The notes under the pieces: model-generated
The model's input: only the letters and a program-made list of their open reading frames with translations
What the model was told of the DNA's origin: nothing
The model's database searches: none
Shown here: in pieces, positions 44,639 to 53,942 of the stretch
Position numbering within the stretch: the stretch's first letter is position 1
How the letters are laid out: every line of letters starts with the position of its first letter
Position numbers and translations under genes: made by a program
Origin: a virus
IMG/VR virus record: IMGVR_UViG_3300017613_000561
Coordinates: 28,448 to 92,447 of that record
Reading direction: 5' to 3' (one strand)
DNA length: 64,000 nucleotides

Positions 44639-46953
44639 GGATATGGACCTCCTCCAAGCCGGGGGACATCAAGAAGGCGGTTCTAAGCGTCCTACAGGAG
44701 CAAAAGTACCCGACCCCACATAAGATACACAGTTTGAAAACCAACGAGCCTCCATCCCTTTCCAAGGGCGAGGTTTGTTTGTCGTTAGGGGCCAAGGCTT
44801 TAGCTAAGTTGCAGGATTTGGGGCTATGTCCGAAAGGTAGGACGATCACCTCCATGCGTGGAAAGGAGATCCCGTATTCAGGTGGGGTGATCCTTGTAAC
44901 CTATGACCCCGGTATTGGGATGATAGATTACAGTAAGTACACGGATATGCAGATAGACGTAGCCATGGCTAACCGCAGGGTTATGACTGGCACGTTGGAG
45001 CCTGAGGTGGGGAACTACCGGTGGGTAAAGGACTTCAATGACCTAGTTATGCAGGTGAAGGTCAGGTACGCAGAGAAAGGCAGGCCAGTACCGTTGACCT
45101 ATGACCTGGAGACCGTTGGGCTGATTGAGTACAACGAAGAAGCCTGGATCGTCAGTATCAGTTTTACGATTGATGATGGTATGGCCGATGTCATATATTT
45201 TGAAGGCCTGCATGACCAGCCAACAAGTGGTCTGTTGGAACAGATAGACTGGTTACTGAACACCAAAGAGGTGATTACCAGAGGGGCCAATGCCAAGTTT
45301 GACCGTAGGTGGATCAAGTATAAGTGGGGCCTGGAGAACGACAATTACAAGATGGACACCACGCTGGTTGGGTCTCTGCTAGATGAGAACAGATCCAATA
45401 GTCTGAATACGCATGCCAAGGTGTACACGTCCATGGGGGGCTATGATGATGCCTTCAATGCCAAGTTTGATAAGTCCCAGATGCATAAGGTGCCAAAGAA
45501 GGATCTGCTCCCTTATGCCGGGGGGGATACTGATGCAGACTACCGTGTAGCCAATGTTATGCGTAGTAAGTTGTTGCAGGACAGTAAGTTAGCCAACTTT
45601 TATGTGAAGTTGTTGCACCCAGCCAGTATTACGATCCAGCACATGGAGGAGGTGGGTATATTGCTTGACGTTCCGTACTACATGGAACTCCAGCAGAAAT
45701 GGACAGCAGAGCTTGCTCGAGTGGAGAAGATGGCGATAAGTCTGATGTCCAGACGGTTGCAGATAAAGCACCGGGGCAATCTGAAACTCACCAGAGCTGC
45801 TTTGTTGAAGGATCACATGTTCAGTAGGCAGGGCCTGCATCTGAAACCGTACAAGGTAACGGAAAAGACTGGGCAACCCAGCACGGCAAAAGATCATCTG
45901 ATAATGTTTGCTGACAAGCCAGAAGTGGCGGCATTCTTAGAGCTGTACCAGGAGTACACCACACTATCAAAGACTCTGAATACCTACGTCACAGGGTTCT
46001 TAAAGCACCTCAGGAGTGATGGGAGGTTTCACCCCACAGGATTGCTGCACCGGGGAGACTACATGGGGTCTGGGGAATCTGGGACTGTGACCGGCCGCTT
46101 GGCCTTTAAAGATCCAGCAGCACAGACGATTCCCAAGCACACGAAGTATGCCAAGCCCCTGCGTAAGGGGTACATAGCTCCACCGGGGTTTGTTGTAGTC
46201 AACTTCGATTACAGTCAGGGGGAGTTGAAAGTAACGGCCTGTGTTGCCAATGAGCCCACCATGATACGACTGTACAAGGAGGGTATTGACCTGCATATGG
46301 TTACTGGGGGGCAGCTGAATGGCTATACCCAGGAAGATATGTTGGAGATGAAGACGAAAGATTCTGCGTTGTTCAAGGTGATTAGGCAGGGAGGCAAGGC
46401 AGGTAATTTTGGGCTGATTTATGGTATGAGTGCAGGCGGGTATCAGACCTATGCAAAGGATACGTTTTTTGTAACGCTCAATCAGGCAGAAGCCAACTAT
46501 CAGAGAGAGGAGTTTTTCAGGATGTATCCAGGGCTGGTTGAATGGCATAGGCAATACAAGGCAGGAGCCCACAGGTGGGGGTATATTAGGTCACCGCTTG
46601 GTAGAATACGGCACCTGCCGTTGATAAACAGCCCTGATCAGGCCTCTTCGTCAAAGGCTGAGAGACAATCCATCAATAGTCCTGTACAGTCTACGTTATC
46701 GGATCTAACGCAGTATGCTCTGGTGTTGTTTAATGCCAGATACGGTAGGCCGCATGGTTGCCAGTTCTTTATGACGACACATGATTCATTGGCAGCTTAT
46801 ATCCTGGAGGATGAGGTAGATGCTTGGGTACCAAGAATGACGGATATCATGGAGAATCTGCCTCTGGAAGAAACCTTTGGGTGGGAGGCCCAGCTACAGT
46901 TCACCACTGATGCTGAGATGGGACCGAACCTAGCAGAGATGGAAGAACTTTAA
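44632..46953 (+). CDS. Family A DNA polymerase with 3'-5' exonuclease
   Basis: Exonuclease YDLET, NAKFD, YAGGD; polymerase TGRL, DYSQGEL, KAGNFGLIYG, NSPVQS, HDS motifs. Confidence 0.95.
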   Translation: MLRIWTSSKPGDIKKAVLSVLQEQKYPTPHKIHSLKTNEPPSLSKGEVCLSLGAKALAKLQDLGLCPKGRTITSMRGKEIPYSGGVILVTYDPGIGMIDYSKYTDMQIDVAMANRRVMTGTLEPEVGNYRWVKDFNDLVMQVKVRYAEKGRPVPLTYDLETVGLIEYNEEAWIVSISFTIDDGMADVIYFEGLHDQPTSGLLEQIDWLLNTKEVITRGANAKFDRRWIKYKWGLENDNYKMDTTLVGSLLDENRSNSLNTHAKVYTSMGGYDDAFNAKFDKSQMHKVPKKDLLPYAGGDTDADYRVANVMRSKLLQDSKLANFYVKLLHPASITIQHMEEVGILLDVPYYMELQQKWTAELARVEKMAISLMSRRLQIKHRGNLKLTRAALLKDHMFSRQGLHLKPYKVTEKTGQPSTAKDHLIMFADKPEVAAFLELYQEYTTLSKTLNTYVTGFLKHLRSDGRFHPTGLLHRGDYMGSGESGTVTGRLAFKDPAAQTIPKHTKYAKPLRKGYIAPPGFVVVNFDYSQGELKVTACVANEPTMIRLYKEGIDLHMVTGGQLNGYTQEDMLEMKTKDSALFKVIRQGGKAGNFGLIYGMSAGGYQTYAKDTFFVTLNQAEANYQREEFFRMYPGLVEWHRQYKAGAHRWGYIRSPLGRIRHLPLINSPDQASSSKAERQSINSPVQSTLSDLTQYALVLFNARYGRPHGCQFFMTTHDSLAAYILEDEVDAWVPRMTDIMENLPLEETFGWEAQLQFTTDAEMGPNLAEMEEL

Positions 46954-47001
46954 TAGAAGTCGTAGAATCAGAAGATACCCCATAAATGGTTGGAGATAGC
47001 T

Positions 47002-48804
47002 ATGTCGGAAGATAGGTCTGAAGAAGTCAAAAGTGAAACTTCTTTGACGGTCATTAAGGCAGTAGACCCTGTGAGTTCTGCTGGTGTTCTAACTTCTAAT
47101 GCTTTGCGGGAAGAAGACGACTTTTCTGAAATGTACTTCTCAGCAGCCTCTGGGGAGGGTAATGTTATACAGCCCCCGTATGATCCAGGTACTTTGTTAC
47201 GGATGGGGACTGAGAACAATACCTTGTCCCAGTGCATTACCGCCTATGAAGTGAACATAGATGGCACCGGATTTGAGTTAGAAAACAAAGACTTGGAAGC
47301 GGAGGATGCCGAGGAAGAAAAGGATTCTGATGGCATTAAGGATTTCTTTAATGAGTGTTGGCCTAGAGAGTCCTTTGGCACTCATAGGCGCAGGCTCCGC
47401 AGGGATGTAGAGGGCAGTGGTAACGGGTACCTGGAAGTAATACGCAACGCAGCAAGTCAGTTGGTCTTTACTAGGCAGGTAGCTACTCAGACCATGAGGA
47501 TATGTAAGTTGACTGCTCCGGTGCCAGTAAAGAAAAAGATTACCCGGGCAGGTAAGGAGTTAGAAGTCACTGTAATGGTCAGGGATCGTGCCTTTGTACA
47601 GAAGGTAGCGGATAAGACAGTGTATTTTAAGGAATATGGGGCCTCCAGAGATATCAATAAAGATACTGGGGAGTGGTCTGCTCCAGGGGCAAGATTGCCA
47701 GCTGCCTTGCGAGGAACTGAGATCCTGCACTTTACTGCTTTGAAGGATGTGGATACCCCGTATGGTGTTCCACGCTGGATCAATCAGGTTCCCTCGGTAT
47801 TGGGGTCTCGTAAGGCAGAAGAGCTGAACCTGGACTTCTTTGATTATGGAGGTATCCCACCAGTTCTGCTTATGATTCAGGGTGGTCAGATGGATGAGGC
47901 CTCCAAGAAGCAGCTGGAACGGATCATGAATAAGGGGCCGAAAGCCCAGCTACGTGCTGCCATATTGGAGGTGCATTCTACCACAGGTACCCTGGATAGT
48001 AATTCTGCTGCCAAGATTGACGTTGAGAAGTTTGGGGATGAGCAGCAGAAAGATTCCATGTATGAGACCTATGATGATAGGTGTGAGCGCAGGGTGCGGT
48101 CCAGTTTCAGACTCCCGCCGCTGTTCCTGGGTAAGGCTGAGGACTACAACTATGCCACAGCCTTTGCCAGTTATACCGTGACGGAGACACAGGTGTTTCA
48201 GCCGGAGAGGGTAGAGTTTGATGAGATCGTGAACAATACTATCATGAAGGAGTTTGGGGACCATGATCTTGTATATCGGTCTTCGCCACTGGCAGTAAAT
48301 GATGCAACCATGCAGTTAGATGGGTTGGAGCACGTTAAAGAGAGCATTTCTGGTGAAGATCTGGTGGATGCCGTGAATGAGATTACCAATCAGAACTTGA
48401 AGTTTGATCAGGAAGCTGAGACTGAGCGTAAGGGTAAGGAAGAGGAAGATCGGGCTCTGGAGCATGAAGTGAAGAGAAGTATCATAGCTCCACAGGCAGG
48501 CCCCGGAACCCCGAAAGCAGCACCGGCCCCTGGTAAAGGGTCGCCAACTCCGGTAAAGAAATCAGACCATATGGAGTTGATGAAGCTGGCTTCTGAGTGG
48601 GCGGATCTGGTGGCTTCTCCAGTACAGGACAATGGGGCGTTGACTCTGACCACGCATAGGGTGTCTCTGCTGAGCAAAGAAGAGCGGGATATCCTGGATA
48701 GTATGCTGTCTATTAAGCTGTATAGTCACCCTGACAGGGATTGGGACGGAGCCATGGATGTGTGTGGCTGTGCTGCTGACCTTTTGTCTAGGGGCAAGAA
48801 GTAA
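47002..48804 (+). CDS. Portal protein (PBSX-like)
   Basis: GNGYLEVIRN, EILHF..YGVPRW, FRLPPLFLG..DYNYATA. Confidence 0.85.
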   Translation: MSEDRSEEVKSETSLTVIKAVDPVSSAGVLTSNALREEDDFSEMYFSAASGEGNVIQPPYDPGTLLRMGTENNTLSQCITAYEVNIDGTGFELENKDLEAEDAEEEKDSDGIKDFFNECWPRESFGTHRRRLRRDVEGSGNGYLEVIRNAASQLVFTRQVATQTMRICKLTAPVPVKKKITRAGKELEVTVMVRDRAFVQKVADKTVYFKEYGASRDINKDTGEWSAPGARLPAALRGTEILHFTALKDVDTPYGVPRWINQVPSVLGSRKAEELNLDFFDYGGIPPVLLMIQGGQMDEASKKQLERIMNKGPKAQLRAAILEVHSTTGTLDSNSAAKIDVEKFGDEQQKDSMYETYDDRCERRVRSSFRLPPLFLGKAEDYNYATAFASYTVTETQVFQPERVEFDEIVNNTIMKEFGDHDLVYRSSPLAVNDATMQLDGLEHVKESISGEDLVDAVNEITNQNLKFDQEAETERKGKEEEDRALEHEVKRSIIAPQAGPGTPKAAPAPGKGSPTPVKKSDHMELMKLASEWADLVASPVQDNGALTLTTHRVSLLSKEERDILDSMLSIKLYSHPDRDWDGAMDVCGCAADLLSRGKK

Positions 48805-48806
48805 TA

Positions 48807-50117
48807 ATGGCTAAGCCAGAGCTGCTGCTATCTCTGGAGGGAGCCCTTAACGACAAGCTTGAGGGTAAGTGGGACAAGGTCGCTCGTAGATTGGCTACGC
48901 GGCTGGTAAAAGCCCTGGAAGAAGACGATCTGGCTAAGGTAGATAAGCTGATCAATGAGGCTAGGACAGCCAATCTGCATAAGGGGGAGCACAAGTACAT
49001 CCGGTATATAGGCCTGTCTTCCATGCTGTTCGGGGCCTCCTTAGTATCCGGTACTGCCAAGAAGTCCTCTATTGCCAAGGCTAAGAAGCCGCCACAGATT
49101 CTAGTTCCAGCTGTTAAGCAGATGAAAGTTATGCTGGAAGAGGGGGACAAGACCCTTAGAAAAGAACTGGGGAGGATGGTCCAGAAAGCTATCGAAGTGC
49201 GGGACTCTAATCAGGTACAGAAAGCTGCCAAGGTTAGAACCATGGAAGAGATAGTCAAGATGGGTACAGGTAGGGTAGGTAAAGGCATTATCAACATAGC
49301 TGCAAGCCTGCATACTTCCAGATTGTCAGCTTATGGGTTCTGTGTAGAAGCGCAGGTTACCGGCATTACCCGCTACGGTATTAATGAGCAGTTGGACAAC
49401 CGTATTTGTCCTGTATGTCGTGAGATGCACGGTAAGACATTTGAGGTTCAGCAGGCGTATACCCGCCTGGATAGTCTGTTACGGGTAGAGAACACAGAGG
49501 ATTTAAAGCAGCTGGCCCCTTGGCCCAAGCAGGATAAGAACAGCCTGGAAAGGTTCAAGCGCATGAATGAAAGTGATCTTGTATCCGCAGGTTGGAGTAT
49601 TCCGCCATTTCATCCTGGGTGTCGTGGGTTATTGTCCAAGACTATGGATGTCCCAGCATTGCCTGCTGCAGCTGCAGATGTGCCTGTATCTACGGATATA
49701 GCTGGCGTAGACCTTGGTACCCCAACAGGAATCGTATCCTCCGGGGTTATAGATTTAGCTGTAGAGGGCGCGACCAAGACCTTTAGTATGCCTAAGAGGG
49801 CGATAACTTCTGGTGACAAGCTGGTACTGGTGGATACTTTAGAGCTGGATAAGATCTGGAAGAAGGACAAGGATTATTACATTGGTGTGGGCGGAGAAGG
49901 GGGCATCAGTGGTAGGTACGCAAGGTTTGAGAAGTACCTGGATGAGCATGACGATATCCTGGTTTCAGAACTTGGGATCAATGAATATGGCATGTCGTTT
50001 ACCAATGGAAGACATAGAGCCGCTGTCCTGAGAGACAAGGGGATGATATACCTGCCGGTAGCTATGGATGATGAAAGTATCCAGTGGGCCAAGAGTCTGA
50101 AACTAATTGAAGATTAA
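48807..50117 (+). CDS. MuF/SPP1 gp7-like head morphogenesis protein with C-terminal extension
   Basis: DNRICPVCREMHGK..PPFHPGCR; after a linker, FTNGRHRAAVL..G..LPV. Confidence 0.8.
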   Translation: MAKPELLLSLEGALNDKLEGKWDKVARRLATRLVKALEEDDLAKVDKLINEARTANLHKGEHKYIRYIGLSSMLFGASLVSGTAKKSSIAKAKKPPQILVPAVKQMKVMLEEGDKTLRKELGRMVQKAIEVRDSNQVQKAAKVRTMEEIVKMGTGRVGKGIINIAASLHTSRLSAYGFCVEAQVTGITRYGINEQLDNRICPVCREMHGKTFEVQQAYTRLDSLLRVENTEDLKQLAPWPKQDKNSLERFKRMNESDLVSAGWSIPPFHPGCRGLLSKTMDVPALPAAAADVPVSTDIAGVDLGTPTGIVSSGVIDLAVEGATKTFSMPKRAITSGDKLVLVDTLELDKIWKKDKDYYIGVGGEGGISGRYARFEKYLDEHDDILVSELGINEYGMSFTNGRHRAAVLRDKGMIYLPVAMDDESIQWAKSLKLIED

Positions 50118-50129
50118 TGAAATAAACCT

Positions 50130-50157
50130 TTGACATACGTTACTCCCCCAGTATAAT
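50130..50157 (+). promoter_or_regulatory. Near-consensus sigma70 promoter for the non-coding unit
   Basis: TTGACA-N16-TATAAT. Confidence 0.8.
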
Positions 50158-50162
50158 ACGTC

Positions 50163-50990
50163 CCATCGCTTAGGAACATATTGTCAGGTAACTGGCAGAA
50201 AGGGGTGAAGGCAACGCAGCCCCGGGTGTTTCGACATCCTATCCAAGCAAGCCGAGGTGGTGGGGCAAGCCCCATAATTCGATGCACTATCGGAGATATC
50301 TGACGAGTAATTAGGCAGAAGTAGCCCATAATAACCAAAGGGGCCGCTGTGAAGTGATCTGCTAAAAGCAAGTCGGGGACACCAAAGGGTAGTCATATAG
50401 TCTGAGTCGGTAGATAAGGGCATATGGTAGTTGAGGCGAACAGGGCGAAGGTTCAATGTTCGTTGAAAACAGACAATTAGCAGACATGTGAAAGTCATTA
50501 GGTGTGTGGTATTTTGGCCCCGAAAGGGATTGAAGCCACTGACAGACCCACATCTTGGTTGTATTATGTAGCTCATCTGGTAGAGCTACGGCCTTTGAAG
50601 CCGTTGGTAACTGGTTCGATCCCAGTCGTAAACAAGTGAAAGAGGTCTGTCGGTGTTGGATTAAAGTGGCTTAATGCTGTACCACCTCGGTGGAATACAG
50701 TGCCATGACACCTCACAAGGTAGATTGGTTTGGCTAGAGGTAGCACTTTGGGAGCGGCCACTCTCGGGGGTATACTGAAAGTTGAGTGATTCAACAGTAT
50801 GAAGGTACCGCCACCTTCTAAAAAAAGGCAGTCATGCTAGGTACACCTCTGCACTTCGGTGGGGGGTGTGGATAACTGAAGAACTCCAGGTTGGTAGCCT
50901 GTAGGTAATGTCAGTAAAGTTTAGTACGAGAGGTTGTAGTCTCAGACCGATCAAATCGAAACCCTGATCTCACAAGGATCGGGGTTTTAT
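50163..50990 (+). ncRNA. Large structured ncRNA candidate (GOLLD-like)
   Basis: ~830 nt with no + strand ORF of 60 aa or more, bounded by a promoter and a terminator; CCC-GAAA-GGG (50519-50528) and CAC-TTCG-GTG (50852-50861) tetraloop hairpins; embedded tRNA-like element. Confidence 0.6.
50562..50634 (+). tRNA. tRNA-Gln(UUG)-like element, imperfect acceptor stem, no encoded CCA
   Basis: D arm GCTC/GAGC, anticodon stem ACGGC/GCCGT with loop CT-TTG-AA, T arm ACTGG-TTCGATC-CCAGT. Confidence 0.7.
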
Positions 50991-50993
50991 TTT
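50959..50993 (+). terminator. Intrinsic terminator
   Basis: aaaccctgatc-tcacaag-gatcggggttt followed by TATTTT. Confidence 0.85.
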
Positions 50994-50999
50994 GCCTAT

Positions 51000-51122
51000 G
51001 CACTTAAGTGCGTCTCCTTGCATTTCGGAGCACTCACAACCCCCCAACCCTAAAACATAAGCCCACAAGCAGCACTTAAGTGCGTAGAAAGTCTTGCATT
51101 CGTTGGTTAGAGGTCATATTCT
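51000..51122 (+). promoter_or_regulatory. Head-operon promoter region with two GCACTTAAGTGC sites
   Basis: Sites at 51000 and 51072; TTGCAT(51094)-N17-TATTCT(51117). Confidence 0.55.
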
Positions 51123-51128
51123 CACCTC

Positions 51129-51704
51129 ATGCGGGTACTTAAATACGATGACGAGAAACAGATTGTCTACGGGGAAGTTTATGCCCCGGGGGTACCCGAT
51201 GCCCATGGAGATTTCATGACTGAAGACTCCATCCTGGATATGGCCCATAATTTTCTAGCCAATAACCGTGTTGAGAAGATTGATAGAAATCACGATCATA
51301 ATCAGATCGATGCCGTTGTTGTGGAATCGTTTATTGCAAGACCGGGAGATCCTGACTTCATTGTTGGAAGTTGGGTAGCTGCGGTTAAAGTACACGATCC
51401 TGAAACTTGGGGGCAGATCAAAAAGGGGGACCTGAATGGGTTCTCTTTGGATGGTGCAGCTAAAGGTTCAATAACGGAACTAGAGGTTGAAATCCCTGAC
51501 TTTGTGGAAGGACGCACTACCAAAGCAGAAGATGACCATGACCACACTTTTAAAGTCGCATTTGATGACGAAGGTAATTTTGTGGGTGGTGAGACTGACG
51601 AGGTGGCCGGACATATCCATGCCATAGTTAAGGGCACTGTAACCGAAGAAGCGGGTGGGCACAACCATAGATTCTCATACATAGAGGCACTGATTGATGG
51701 CTAG
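51129..51704 (+). CDS. XkdF-like prohead protease
   Basis: QIVYGEVYAP..DAHGD..H..VVESFIA..GSW..GDLNGFS. Confidence 0.85.
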   Translation: MRVLKYDDEKQIVYGEVYAPGVPDAHGDFMTEDSILDMAHNFLANNRVEKIDRNHDHNQIDAVVVESFIARPGDPDFIVGSWVAAVKVHDPETWGQIKKGDLNGFSLDGAAKGSITELEVEIPDFVEGRTTKAEDDHDHTFKVAFDDEGNFVGGETDEVAGHIHAIVKGTVTEEAGGHNHRFSYIEALIDG

Positions 51705-52902
51705 ACGTAAAATCAAGATATTTGCCAAGCAGTTGGAAGATGTGGATGTGCAGTATTTGTCTCTGGTAACCAGAGCTGCCAGCCGTATTCCATTCCGATT
51801 TACGAAATCTGCAGGAGACGATGACATGAGTATTGATCTAGGCGCTATTTTTTCTCTGCGTAAGAAAGAGACTATCCCCACTGTTGCTTTTGTGGCTCTG
51901 TCAGCCGATGCTGACGTTGAAGCCTACACTGCGCTGTTGAAAAGTGAGGGGTTTGAAAATGTTGTATTGGAGGAGCAGGATTCAGGACGTATTCTGAAGA
52001 CCGATGATTCCCCGACTGACGACATCACTATCCTTAAGGTAAACGAAGCTGTAGCTGTTGGCGTGGCTAATATTGCCAAGGCCCTGCAAGGCTTCCCCGA
52101 TAGCAATATGTTCATGGAGAATGTCCAGAAAGCTGGCTTTGCCCCAAGTGTTCGTATGGCTACCGATATCATGATGGATACCCTTGGCAACATTATGTAT
52201 GCCGATGGTGACCGCACTGGTGTTGTTGAGAATTTGACCAAGTGCCTGGAAGACTACAAGGGATATGTGGTTAAAATGGCTGAGGCCATCCCAGAGAATG
52301 CCTTTAAGTTGGAAGATGCCATTGTAAAGAAGGGCATGCTCCTGGCAGGTACTGGTGGTGCTGAGGAAACCACTGAGGAAACCACTGAGGAAACCACTGA
52401 GGTTGTGGAAGATGATGCCGGTGATACTGCAGCGGTTGCTGCAGATACTGGAGGCGAGGGTACTGAGATTGTAGACGACCCAGATGCAGATGTTGCGGCT
52501 TCCGTAGCCGCTGCCGATGCCGCTCAAGAAACTGCTGACGCTGGCGGTGAAGTTCAGAAAACTGAACTAGAGGTTGCAGCCGGAGATAAGACCTCGCAAA
52601 CTAAGGACATGGACGCTTTGTTTGCAGGTATGAAAGAACACATGACTACCCATATGGGTGAGTTGCAGGCTACTGTGAAGAGTGAGATCACCGCTATTAA
52701 TGGTCGCCTGGATTCCATGGAGGAAAGCAATAAGGAAATTGCAGGACGGGTGTCCAAGGCTGAGGAAGCCGTTAACGGCACAGTGCTTGACGGGGCTGGT
52801 ACTCCTGAGATCGCTGGTCGTGGGTCTGATGTGCAGAAGAGTGATAGTGCTGGGGGTTTGTTTGAATCCGCCCTTAGTTTTGATGGGTTTGAAGTGGCTT
52901 AA
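51697..52902 (+). CDS. Putative scaffold protein
   Basis: LSLVTRAA N-terminus, long acidic linker, coiled-coil C-terminus; between protease and capsid. Confidence 0.6.
   Translation: MARRKIKIFAKQLEDVDVQYLSLVTRAASRIPFRFTKSAGDDDMSIDLGAIFSLRKKETIPTVAFVALSADADVEAYTALLKSEGFENVVLEEQDSGRILKTDDSPTDDITILKVNEAVAVGVANIAKALQGFPDSNMFMENVQKAGFAPSVRMATDIMMDTLGNIMYADGDRTGVVENLTKCLEDYKGYVVKMAEAIPENAFKLEDAIVKKGMLLAGTGGAEETTEETTEETTEVVEDDAGDTAAVAADTGGEGTEIVDDPDADVAASVAAADAAQETADAGGEVQKTELEVAAGDKTSQTKDMDALFAGMKEHMTTHMGELQATVKSEITAINGRLDSMEESNKEIAGRVSKAEEAVNGTVLDGAGTPEIAGRGSDVQKSDSAGGLFESALSFDGFEVA
52361..52402 (+). repeat. 12-bp tandem repeat x3 (encodes EETT)
   Basis: CTGAGGAAACCA x3, in frame within the acidic linker. 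Confidence 0.85.
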
Positions 52903-52949
52903 CGGCCAACCCACCGAACTGGTAAATTTTTAATTAGGAGATATGAACG

Positions 52950-53942
52950 ATGAGTTCAAATAAAGAAATTATTCAGAAGGCGGATTTCGCACTAGCTGAC
53001 CTCGCTTCTGGTGGATTGCTGAACGATGAACAGGCCAATAAGTTCATCCGTGACCTGCTGGTACAGCCGACCATTCTGAAACAGTCCCGTACCGTTGTTA
53101 TGGGTGGGCCTAGCCGACAGATCAACAAGATCGGATTCGGTAAGCGTATCCTCCGTGCGGCCACTTCAGGTACTGCCCTGGACACCGCTGCTATTACCGG
53201 AGCTTTCGATCCTGCGGCTGAAGCAACTGCCCGTGCTAAGCCTGTAACCGATCAGGTCCTGTTGAACACCAAGGAAGTGATCGCTGAGGTTCGTCTGCCT
53301 TATGACGTAATCGAAGACAACATTGAGCGGGGCAGTATCAATGCTGCCGGTGCCAACTCCAGCCCACAGCCTCTGCAGGGTGGTTTGAAAGACACTCTGG
53401 TAGCCATGATCGCTGAACGTGCGGCTCTGGACCTGGAAGAGCTGGCTATTAAAGGTGACGAGTCTCTGGGTGCTGCTGACCCATACCTGGATCTGGTTGA
53501 TGGTTATCTGGTGCAGGCGACATCCAACACCGTTAATGTTGGTGACAACATTTCCCGTACTGCGTTCAAGAATGGTCTCATCACCATGCCTGACCAGTAC
53601 CTGAGAAACCGGTCTGCTCTGCGTCATTATGTTTCGCATGATAACGAGATCCAGTATCGGGATACTCTGGCTCAGCGTGAAACCGCTGGCGGTGACGGTA
53701 TCATCCAGGGTTACGCCCCTGTGTATGCCTTCGGCACCATGGTAGAGCCCGTATCTCTGATGCCTGAGGCTAACGGTCTGTTCACCTTCCCGAAGAACCT
53801 GATTTTCGGTATCCAACGTAAGATCAGCATCGAAGTGGACAAGATCATCACTGAGCGTCAGTTTGTTATCGTCCTGACCGCCCGTATCGACTTCAAGATT
53901 GAAGAAGAGAACGCGGTAGTCAAGTACACTAACATCACCTGA
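52950..53942 (+). CDS. Major capsid protein (HK97 fold, XkdG-like)
   Basis: GGLLNDEQANKFI..IEDNIE..DLEELAIKGD..MPDQY..NLIFGI; strong RBS and codon bias. Confidence 0.9.
   Translation: MSSNKEIIQKADFALADLASGGLLNDEQANKFIRDLLVQPTILKQSRTVVMGGPSRQINKIGFGKRILRAATSGTALDTAAITGAFDPAAEATARAKPVTDQVLLNTKEVIAEVRLPYDVIEDNIERGSINAAGANSSPQPLQGGLKDTLVAMIAERAALDLEELAIKGDESLGAADPYLDLVDGYLVQATSNTVNVGDNISRTAFKNGLITMPDQYLRNRSALRHYVSHDNEIQYRDTLAQRETAGGDGIIQGYAPVYAFGTMVEPVSLMPEANGLFTFPKNLIFGIQRKISIEVDKIITERQFVIVLTARIDFKIEEENAVVKYTNIT

Noticed and set aside
50562-50634. Suppressor tRNA or alternative genetic code
   Set aside because: The anticodon is TTG (Gln) and genes are full length under the standard code
50163-50990. 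Group I/II intron or tmRNA
   Set aside because: It interrupts no gene and has its own promoter and terminator; the tRNA-like part is internal and has a full anticodon arm, unlike tmRNA
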